Part shown: piece by piece, positions 57,055 through 64,000 of the stretch
Layout: each line of letters opens with the position of its first letter
How positions within the stretch are numbered: the first letter of the stretch is position 1
Virus record (IMG/VR): IMGVR_UViG_2974516482_000001
Span: 31,225 to 95,224 of that record
Direction: 5' to 3' (one strand)
Length of the DNA: 64,000 nt
Origin: a virus
Lineage: Duplodnaviria > Heunggongvirae > Uroviricota > Caudoviricetes > Ackermannviridae
The notes under the pieces: generated by a model
Seen by the model: the letters and a program-made list of their open reading frames with translations, nothing else
What the model was told of the DNA's origin: nothing
Databases searched by the model: none
Translations under genes and position numbers: made by a program

Positions 57055-57082
57055 TTTACTTTTCAAAAACCTGGTTTATAGT
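57055..57082 (+). promoter_or_regulatory. early promoter cassette TTTACT-16-TATAGT after terminator hairpin
   Basis: agcccct-aaccc-aggggct hairpin overlapping the -35. Confidence 0.4.
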
Positions 57083-57130
57083 ATTCTAGGTCACGGCAAC
57101 AACGCCACATTTGACCAGAAGGACTATATC

Positions 57131-57496
57131 ATGTATCTGAACACACCAGCCGTATTAGAAGCCACCATCTCTTTCCCTATCCAAGGCCTGGCGAAGTCCA
57201 GAGCGTTCCTTAAACAAGTCCCCTTTGCGTTTAACGTCCACGGGGAGAGATACCCGCGCTCTATCCTGCGTGCCCTGCGTGATGCCCTGCGTAACGGGGC
57301 GGCGCTGACCAAGGAAGAGTTGCGATCTAAAGAAGTGCACCTGATCGACCCGGAACTGTTATCTGAAGAACCAGAACTGTACCAAGATTTCCAAAACGAC
57401 GCCCGTAAAGCTCAGCTGATGTTCAAGAAGGGCGATGACGCTCTGTACGTGGTAGACAAGGGCACAAACCTGCCTCTGGTACTCTTCATCAAGTAA
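57131..57496 (+). CDS. hypothetical protein (121 aa)
   Basis: GAAGGActatatcATG context. Confidence 0.45.
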   Translation: MYLNTPAVLEATISFPIQGLAKSRAFLKQVPFAFNVHGERYPRSILRALRDALRNGAALTKEELRSKEVHLIDPELLSEEPELYQDFQNDARKAQLMFKKGDDALYVVDKGTNLPLVLFIK

Positions 57497-57522
57497 CCCG
57501 ACCAGCCCCTCATCGAGGGGCT

Positions 57523-57551
57523 TTACTTCTATAAATCCTGCGCTTATACTT
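57523..57551 (+). promoter_or_regulatory. early promoter cassette TTTACT-17-TATACT after terminator hairpin
   Basis: agcccct-catcg-aggggct hairpin, then -35/-10. The spacer contains TATAAAT. Confidence 0.4.
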
Positions 57552-57600
57552 CCCAGTAATTCATTGGCCAACGCCACAAATTGAAAGCGGGTACTACATC

Positions 57601-57843
57601 ATGACCAACTCTGAAATATATCATGCTTCTATGCATTATCACGACCTACGCGCCCGTCCAGGACACGCCAAACAAAAAGCATTCTGGGTGGCAGAACTCA
57701 GATTACGCCGTGCTGTCGTTAACCACCAAATAATCATGAACCGAAGCAATGAAAAATCTCCTCTGTTAGCCGATTCTTATCTTGAACTCCGTACAGCTTA
57801 TGAACAAGCCTCGGAGCACGTAATAGGGGCACAAAATGTCTAA
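57601..57843 (+). CDS. hypothetical protein (80 aa)
   Basis: tactacatcATG context. Confidence 0.4.
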   Translation: MTNSEIYHASMHYHDLRARPGHAKQKAFWVAELRLRRAVVNHQIIMNRSNEKSPLLADSYLELRTAYEQASEHVIGAQNV

Positions 57844-58297
57844 CAAATTACTGACCAACCCTCGTCACAACTTCGGTTACATCCAATTGCCTGAAGTGAT
57901 CGATACGTTATTCCCAGAAGACAAGGAAGAAGTTTGTTGGGCACCAGCGACCCTTATTGAACGCGAAATTTTCAAATCTGAAGTAGACGTGATGTTCCGT
58001 ATCGGTTCATCCGGAGACCTCCATTATTTGGGGAAAGTGACCGAGTTAAAGACCTGCCATGCTCAAAGATTTTTGCGCATTGACACCACTCAATGTGAAG
58101 ACTTTTCATTCAGCATTCTGCGTGAATATGTTCAGGTCAACCGTCCTGTGTATCAACACCGTCCTTATTTGACGTCGATGCATATAGACAATTATATTTC
58201 TGACATTCATTTACGTGCATCAACTATCCATGAAGAAGATTCTGGTATCGCGGTTGATACAGTACTCAATATGATCGTCATTACTTTGGTGCCGTGA
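57836..58297 (+). CDS. hypothetical protein (153 aa)
   Basis: Overlaps the upstream stop (ATGTCTAA). Confidence 0.4.
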   Translation: MSNKLLTNPRHNFGYIQLPEVIDTLFPEDKEEVCWAPATLIEREIFKSEVDVMFRIGSSGDLHYLGKVTELKTCHAQRFLRIDTTQCEDFSFSILREYVQVNRPVYQHRPYLTSMHIDNYISDIHLRASTIHEEDSGIAVDTVLNMIVITLVP

Positions 58298-58298
58298 T

Positions 58299-58637
58299 AT
58301 GTACAAATTCCCGATATTAGAAACAGTGTACTCTGTTCACAAAAAGGAAGGTCCATTATTTGAAAATTTGGATATTCTGTTAAAGGAAAATGTCCGTATC
58401 CCTCTGGTTCTAAAGGGAAAGCAAATAGGATATAGCCATGACTGCCAAATAATGCGTTCTGAAGGCACCGACGTCTTACGCATCCGTCTAACATTTGTGT
58501 TGACAGGTAATCTGGACGGTATGGTGGTTAATCTGAAACCAACCACCATAGTCCACAGAACGGGTGGGAAAATATTATATCGTTTATTAACTCATTTTGA
58601 GTTGGTGACAAAATGCTCTGCCACGGACGTTCTTTAA
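58299..58637 (+). CDS. hypothetical protein (112 aa)
   Basis: TGAtATG coupling to the upstream gene. Confidence 0.35.
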   Translation: MYKFPILETVYSVHKKEGPLFENLDILLKENVRIPLVLKGKQIGYSHDCQIMRSEGTDVLRIRLTFVLTGNLDGMVVNLKPTTIVHRTGGKILYRLLTHFELVTKCSATDVL

Positions 58638-59018
58638 TCAATTTGTCCGTTTCAACCATATGGTGTCTGTTATCGGCTCTGGGTTGTTGACCACATAGAA
58701 CGTGATGGTTACGCCCAGAGAATGATAATCGTCCGACAATGATACATCAACAGATTGCAATTCAGCTCTTGGCTCAAAAAGAGCAATGGCATCTTCAACT
58801 TTGTTCTTCACGTCGACCTGTATCGTGGGATTTGTATTTTCTCCCAGCATGGTATACAACCCCGCCCCAATACTCGGATATGTCGGCCAATCACCTACCG
58901 TCGACATCACTATATTACGCACAGATTGTAGTACAGCATAAATGCCTGTTTTCTTAGTGACATCTTTGGTGACCGGATGCATGCCAAACTTCAGGTCAAT
59001 GTCCTTGTACTCTTTCAT
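58638..59018 (-). CDS. baseplate wedge protein gp25-like (GPW/gp25 family)
   Basis: Central/C-terminal region aligns with T4 gp25 (…EPR…L.V….DD..L.V.I.F.V…PE.I…L). AAGGGG SD before the ATG at 59018. Confidence 0.55.
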   Translation of the reverse strand: MKEYKDIDLKFGMHPVTKDVTKKTGIYAVLQSVRNIVMSTVGDWPTYPSIGAGLYTMLGENTNPTIQVDVKNKVEDAIALFEPRAELQSVDVSLSDDYHSLGVTITFYVVNNPEPITDTIWLKRTN

Positions 59019-59082
59019 GTTAAACCCCTTTGGATATTGCCTCTCCAGCACGAGAGGGCATTATCTGCCCTCACCAGTGTAA

Positions 59083-60708
59083 TCATGCGCCTTTACCACC
59101 AAAATTGCCGCCGTTATCCTCTAACTCCGGTTTTATATCAATTGGACCTGGGCCTGTAGTTGTTACAGGAGTTGCCCCCGCACGTGAGGCGGCGCGGCCA
59201 GCGCCTTCAGCATATTTGATGTTGCCTTCAATAGTCTGTGCAACCGATAATTTATCACAAATTATTTCAGTTGCCAGTATCTTAGGAACCTTCAAAGTGT
59301 TAGACACTTCAAACATTTCACAGATGAGACGCAACACGTTCTGTGCCTGTATCTCAGCCAATTGGGAAAATTTCATCAACGCTGTTCCAGCGACCACATT
59401 GGAATAGTTAGAAGAGTGTAAGTGATAAACTTCTCCTGTCTTGCGCTGTACTTCAGTCCCACCAATTGTCAGGTTATGATCACGCCCCACATAATAACGT
59501 TTGTCGAACATCGTCAGGTCATAATGATCTTTGACTGATTTATTAACAACATCACCGTCAGGAAGCATTTGCTTGTAAGAACCAGAAGAGTGCATCCAAT
59601 GCAAACGTTCCCCGCCTGGAGTGTCATCGACCTCCATAATATGCCCAGCGCGAGAAGCCATAACATTGTTGTATGGATAACGAGACCCCCCAGCCGAAGG
59701 AACCGATACCTCTCCTGTGTTGTCAATATCCTGAACACGACCAGAAGGAGGCGGTGTTTCTTGGACTTTCGGGGTACGATCTGGAATAGGTTCAGACCAT
59801 TTACCGTTTTGTTGTGCCGGAGCTGCTGAAGCTGTAGTTGCTGGACCTGGCCAACGATAACCCAACACGGATGAGCGGCTAAAACGGCTCACCTTCACAG
59901 AATCGGATTGGTTTCCCCCGATACACCAAACGTAGTTGGCGTCAAATTTCTGAACGAATGCAATGTGACCAAATGTCGGGTTGTTCCCGCGCCGGAACAC
60001 TACAACAGCGCCGTAACGTGGTTCTGACAGAGGAGATCCCCATTGTAAATATGAGCGAGCCAAAGCAGAACGTGTTGATGTATATCCGGCCTGTATCAGA
60101 ACCCATCCAACAAACGACGCACACCAACTAACTTCATCTTCTGAAGCCCCCAGGGAAGTTGTCTTATGATATTCCAATATCCTTGGGTTGTTATTGAACT
60201 TACCAGAATATTCTTTGACACCCAATTCCCCACGAGCCACGGTCATCCACTTCTCAGGATCATATCCGTCTACTGGTGGTTGTGGATCCGGTTGCGGTTC
60301 ATCCTCAATCTTAACAGGAACATTCTCGACGGCATTATACTTCTGCCTTTCTATAGATTGAACGACCTGACCCAGCGCCAATGGGTTTGTATCTGACCCA
60401 TCTGTTGGTGTTGCTGCTGGCCATACCCATGCAATACGGATGTTCTGATATGCTTCATCCAAAGCAAACCCCATGACGTCAGAGCCGACAGTGATACCCG
60501 TCGGAGACCAGCCTAAACCTGCCGAGGAGGCGTTAGATGCTGGCATAAGCATTTTACCCCAAGGCAATAATTCTGTAGGCAGGAGAGTGGTATCCTCCGT
60601 GTGTACCCCATAGATGCGTACTGCGACGCGCCCGTTTTGATCGGGATCATTCACGTCTTCAACGCGCCCGTAAAACCAACGCAAGTTGTCTAACATATTG
60701 AAACCCAT
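59083..60708 (-). CDS. baseplate hub/tail-spike protein gp5-like with CHAP/NlpC-P60-type peptidoglycan hydrolase domain
   Basis: N-terminal NLRWFYGRVEDVNDPDQNGRVAVRIYG..LPWGKM resembles the gp5 OB domain. Central WCASFVGWV...GHIAFV Cys/His hydrolase motif. C-terminal Gly-rich tail. Confidence 0.55.
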   Translation of the reverse strand: MGFNMLDNLRWFYGRVEDVNDPDQNGRVAVRIYGVHTEDTTLLPTELLPWGKMLMPASNASSAGLGWSPTGITVGSDVMGFALDEAYQNIRIAWVWPAATPTDGSDTNPLALGQVVQSIERQKYNAVENVPVKIEDEPQPDPQPPVDGYDPEKWMTVARGELGVKEYSGKFNNNPRILEYHKTTSLGASEDEVSWCASFVGWVLIQAGYTSTRSALARSYLQWGSPLSEPRYGAVVVFRRGNNPTFGHIAFVQKFDANYVWCIGGNQSDSVKVSRFSRSSVLGYRWPGPATTASAAPAQQNGKWSEPIPDRTPKVQETPPPSGRVQDIDNTGEVSVPSAGGSRYPYNNVMASRAGHIMEVDDTPGGERLHWMHSSGSYKQMLPDGDVVNKSVKDHYDLTMFDKRYYVGRDHNLTIGGTEVQRKTGEVYHLHSSNYSNVVAGTALMKFSQLAEIQAQNVLRLICEMFEVSNTLKVPKILATEIICDKLSVAQTIEGNIKYAEGAGRAASRAGATPVTTTGPGPIDIKPELEDNGGNFGGKGA

Positions 60709-61037
60709 TAGTCAATTAGAATCATGTGATATTTATGGCGGGGATTTGAAATCTGTCGAATAATATATTATAGGAAGCTCTGCTTCCGTTCAACCTTTAT
60801 TCTTTTCGTTCCTACTCGCTGAAGCTCGTAACACCGCCTTGACAGGCAGTCCCATTCCAATGCCATGGAGGCATAAAGGCGAGGAAAATACTGTACACCT
60901 CAGAACATGCGTAGAAAAGGATTATTTTTGCTTCAAAACAAATTCAAACCCCAATTACACAACACTTACTTCAGCAACAACGGTGTTATAGCAATTTAAG
61001 GTTAAACGTTCCTGTCTTAACCTATAAAACAGGTAAG

Positions 61038-61066
61038 CAAAGAAAACCCCACATTACGTGGGGTTA
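61038..61066 (-). terminator. minus-strand rho-independent terminator
   Basis: On the minus strand: aaccccacg-taat-gtggggtt then ttctttg. Confidence 0.5.
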
Positions 61067-61214
61067 GAAGATTTCTTAGACAATCTAATTTTCAGTGTCT
61101 CGGTAAGCAAATCAAGATGCCACGGCATCGATTCACTGATTTCAAATATGCTATAGCCGTGTGCCTTTAATTCGTCACACATCACAAAATAGGAGAGTAA
61201 ATCAATTTCAAAAA

Positions 61215-62018
61215 TTAAATGAAAATCTCGGTGACACTGTTAAATTTGACTTCGTGTTCTTTCCCACACGAAGGGCATTTAATTTTTGTCGCGTAACGAA
61301 TACGCGGAATCTTTTTAAAGAAATCATTCGAAATGTCCTGAACAATCTCAGATTCAATATTGTCCCCGACCCATTTGACAAATTCATCCTTAATGCGTTG
61401 GCGTTCTTTAGCAACTTCTGGATCGATACCAGGTTCAGCCGGATTTTCCACCTTCCAAACCTGACCATCGTCGTCATACAGACAATCGATAAAGGTGGCA
61501 ATCATTTGTTCAACAGAGGATGCTTCATTAAGCACTGAGGCATCCGAGAAGGACGGCTGGCGCATCTTTATATGATAACCACCTGGTAGATCAAACGTCT
61601 CCCTGAAGCCTTCTGGGGACACGCATTTTACCTGATTGAGCGGGATCGGTAACACAAGCTCTTGACCACAATCTTTAACACCAGAAACTGGTTCTTCACC
61701 TTCATTTATGTCGGCTTGAACTTTATTGTTACATTTGTAACGTATCTTCATGACCTCGCCGATAGATATACAGCGCATCTTTAAAAATACTTCTTCAGTA
61801 ACACCGATTGGCAGTTTACTAAAGGGAACCCCAGCGTCAACACAACTATCAAACAGTTGCTCCAGTGTCGCTACACGCTCACTCATAGGAGTGTTCGGAT
61901 CAGCAACCTGAAGTAACATGGTCTGTTGCCCTGCTGTAAAGGCGCGGTATTTGATCACAGTCGGCCAGAAATCACTTTTATGTGTTCTCTCAGTTTTGGG
62001 CAATGATGGTAAATTCAT
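61215..62018 (-). CDS. hypothetical structural (baseplate-region) protein with C-terminal zinc ribbon CPSCGKEH
   Basis: Minus-strand ORF co-oriented with the gp5-like and gp25-like genes. Confidence 0.45.
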   Translation of the reverse strand: MNLPSLPKTERTHKSDFWPTVIKYRAFTAGQQTMLLQVADPNTPMSERVATLEQLFDSCVDAGVPFSKLPIGVTEEVFLKMRCISIGEVMKIRYKCNNKVQADINEGEEPVSGVKDCGQELVLPIPLNQVKCVSPEGFRETFDLPGGYHIKMRQPSFSDASVLNEASSVEQMIATFIDCLYDDDGQVWKVENPAEPGIDPEVAKERQRIKDEFVKWVGDNIESEIVQDISNDFFKKIPRIRYATKIKCPSCGKEHEVKFNSVTEIFI

Positions 62019-62067
62019 AATGTATCTCCACGGTATATTGTAATTGTATTTATAACGAGGACTGAAA

Positions 62068-62592
62068 ATGCACGCGTTCTGTTTCAGTAAAGTGGGGGAG
62101 CAACTCGCAATTAATTATCCGGATGCAAACACGGACTTTTTTGTATTACTCACAGATTTTGCAAATAAATTGGGGATAAAGAATGTCGCCATGACCGTGT
62201 CCGATATGAAATTCGGGTGGCTGGGAGTTAAAGATTTATTGAATTATGGATTCAATGTGATTATCATTGATCCAACGTACAGCCCAATTGAAGAGGATGA
62301 TGTTATTCCGGTTTGGGTGCAACGAGATATTAACACCCTGGACAAACACTATCCGGATTGTATCATCATCGGTGAATTAATACCGTATTTTCATAAACGT
62401 CGTCGCCTTGAAACAATTAAAAGTTATTTTCAAGATAATGATTGTGGATATAAAATGGATGTCCTTACGAGCGGTTGGGTTGTGAAGAATACTACAGGCA
62501 ATGCCGACCGAATTACTTCCCGTCTTTATGAATATGTTAAAGAACGGGATTATGAACTGGAGAACAATAATGCCAAACGTAGAACGCGCTGA
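62068..62592 (+). CDS. hypothetical protein (174 aa)
   Basis: GAGGActgaaaATG. Confidence 0.45.
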   Translation: MHAFCFSKVGEQLAINYPDANTDFFVLLTDFANKLGIKNVAMTVSDMKFGWLGVKDLLNYGFNVIIIDPTYSPIEEDDVIPVWVQRDINTLDKHYPDCIIIGELIPYFHKRRRLETIKSYFQDNDCGYKMDVLTSGWVVKNTTGNADRITSRLYEYVKERDYELENNNAKRRTR

Positions 62593-63055
62593 TATTCAGC
62601 AGGTACAAAAAGTTATCCTTCAACGCCTCCGCGCTGTTATCACAAATGAAAAGGGAGAAATTGCGCCAGGGTTTGAAGGCGCATTCGACGGTTTCGTTGC
62701 TGATGATCAGGGGAACCCCGTTGTACAAACGATCGCTGGCATGATTATGCTGAATAGTGAATTCATGTCGGAAGGGAAAATTCATTATTCGCCGAACCTT
62801 AGTGTTGATGGTGAGTCTTTGGCTTCCGAAGTGGTTGATTTAACGGTTGCCGTTGGTGGGTTGGGTTATGTTTTGATGGTTTGCACCGCGCATTATGTGG
62901 ACGCCAACGGCCATGTGTCATATGGTGATGAGGCGCGAGGGATCAAACGTCATGTGGACACTTCTGCATTACTGCAACAGATACGTCAGATGCAAGAAGA
63001 AATGGACTCCAAACCTCGCCTGATTTTACCGGAAAGCAAAATCGTCACCAGATAA
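62570..63055 (+). CDS. hypothetical protein (161 aa)
   Basis: GGAGAacaataATG. Overlaps the upstream gene by 23 nt. Confidence 0.4.
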   Translation: MPNVERADIQQVQKVILQRLRAVITNEKGEIAPGFEGAFDGFVADDQGNPVVQTIAGMIMLNSEFMSEGKIHYSPNLSVDGESLASEVVDLTVAVGGLGYVLMVCTAHYVDANGHVSYGDEARGIKRHVDTSALLQQIRQMQEEMDSKPRLILPESKIVTR

Positions 63056-63104
63056 TCCGGTCTAAATACCCATAACACAATGAAACTTCGTTATGGGTAT
63101 TTTT

Positions 63105-63704
63105 ATGAAATTTTGCGGAATCGACTATTCTTACGGCTGTCCAGCCATGTGCTTCTGGGACGACAAAGATCCTCTGGATTTTGATCATCTTCATTTCTAT
63201 GCACACCATACCGTTGAGAAGCACTGTCGTCAAGTGCGACACAATATTCTTATTTTACGTCAACCCAAATATGAATCCCCCGAAGAACGGTTTTATAACA
63301 TTTCCAAATGGGCTGAAGCCGTACTTCTTACGGAGAAGCCGGATTTCATCACCCTAGAAGGCTATGCTATGGGGAATTCAAAAAACTCCAATAACATATG
63401 CCAAACCGCCGAGAACACATCTCTATTGAAACAAGCGATGCGCCGGAACAATATGGAATTTCAGATTGTTACCCCGTCTTTTGTTAAGAAACATTTTTGT
63501 GGTAAAGGAAATGCCGACAAATTGGTCATGATAGATCACTTTGAGAAGCTGTTCAACGTTAAGATGCGCGGTATAATGGACATGTTGGACGTAAAGGATC
63601 CAAAGCCAATCGATGACCTCGTGGATTCGTTTGCAAATATGGTTTCTGGTCCTTACTTCATAGAAAATTATCCTGATTTCAATAGAGGTGTAAGAAATGA
63701 TTAA
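63105..63704 (+). CDS. RuvC-like Holliday junction resolvase (tentative)
   Basis: N-terminal MKFCGIDYSYGCPA (GID.G motif) and TLEGYA resemble RuvC/A22-type resolvase motifs. Confidence 0.4.
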   Translation: MKFCGIDYSYGCPAMCFWDDKDPLDFDHLHFYAHHTVEKHCRQVRHNILILRQPKYESPEERFYNISKWAEAVLLTEKPDFITLEGYAMGNSKNSNNICQTAENTSLLKQAMRRNNMEFQIVTPSFVKKHFCGKGNADKLVMIDHFEKLFNVKMRGIMDMLDVKDPKPIDDLVDSFANMVSGPYFIENYPDFNRGVRND

Positions 63705-63993
63705 CTACTGGCTGCTGGCAGATATACTGCTTTTCGCCTTGCTGTTGATGACGGCGTTTGTTTGGATTAAGGGATTCTTGACATTCCTTCATTCATTAAG
63801 CGCCATGGTATCTTTCTATGCGGTTTCGCCACATAGTGACGTCAATGTAAGAGCTGCAAATCAATCTGATATGTTGGCCGAATATGTTTTGCTGCGTGAC
63901 AAAGCAATCAGGATTGTCCTGTTTTCTACGCTGGTGGGAGCAGTTATTATATTTCTACGACACGTATTGGAGGCGATTCATGCCGTTTTATGA
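63697..63993 (+). CDS. small membrane protein (98 aa, 2-3 TM)
   Basis: Overlaps the upstream stop. Hydrophobic helices. Confidence 0.4.
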   Translation: MINYWLLADILLFALLLMTAFVWIKGFLTFLHSLSAMVSFYAVSPHSDVNVRAANQSDMLAEYVLLRDKAIRIVLFSTLVGAVIIFLRHVLEAIHAVL

Positions 63994-64000
63994 TTATGCC

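Noticed and set aside
60760-60800. Possible tRNA (GTTCAACC T-loop-like sequence after a hairpin)
   Set aside because: No acceptor/anticodon stem arrangement could be built around it and GTTCAACCT does not fit GTTCRANYC. No tRNA-like cloverleaf was found anywhere in the window.
61161-61538. Plus-strand 125-aa ORF and minus 97-aa ORF (61208-61501)
   Set aside because: Both are embedded in or antisense to the better-supported 267-aa minus-strand gene 61215-62018. They lack an SD and have odd composition.
1-64000. CRISPR arrays, rRNA genes, integrase/attachment sites
   Set aside because: No spaced direct repeats, no rRNA-like sequence, and no tyrosine/serine recombinase motifs were seen. The content is that of a strictly lytic T4-like genome.

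Overview
This 64 kb window is a segment of a large T4-superfamily myovirus genome, with roughly 45% GC and enterobacterial-like codon usage. It is nearly all coding on the + strand.

T4 core genes are recognisable by direct sequence similarity:
- a morphogenesis block gp20(portal, C-terminal part)-gp67-gp68-gp21-gp22-gp23;
- a replication block gp45-gp44-gp62-regA;
- UvsW, a UvsY-like protein, the gp55 late sigma factor, the gp47/gp46 Mre11/Rad50-like nuclease pair and the gp61 primase;
- RNase H, PhoH, NrdA-NrdB-NrdH, a gp25-like baseplate protein and a gp5-like hub protein.

Mobile elements:
- two paralogous GIY-YIG homing endonucleases;
- a short HNH-motif ORF overlapping the start of the primase gene;
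- a 340-aa HNH-containing intein in NrdA, inserted exactly at the catalytic SSNL|CLEI cysteine.

Accessory content:
- an overlapping PRS-like + NAMPT-like gene pair, a candidate NAD+ reconstitution counter-defence module;
- a 739-aa VWA protein with a coupled small ORF;
- an ACP-like protein whose phosphopantetheine serine is replaced by Glu;
- an HU-like protein, a ParB-like protein and a DinG-like helicase;
- several Sec-signal and lipoprotein ORFs, including a translationally coupled five-gene operon that ends in a membrane protein plus an SPFH lipoprotein;
- large unknown proteins of 401, 672 and 756 aa.

Regulatory structure is visible directly. The same terminator-hairpin/promoter cassette recurs: -35 TTTACT, a 16-17 nt spacer, and -10 TAT(A/T)(C/A/G)T. 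It is usually followed by a conserved GAAGGA...ctATATCATG initiation region. There are many GGGG/CCCC-stem rho-independent terminators. Two TATAAATA-like late-promoter motifs are embedded in hairpins or palindromes.

No tRNA, rRNA or CRISPR array was recognised. All functional calls are from by-eye motif recognition and are unverified by search.
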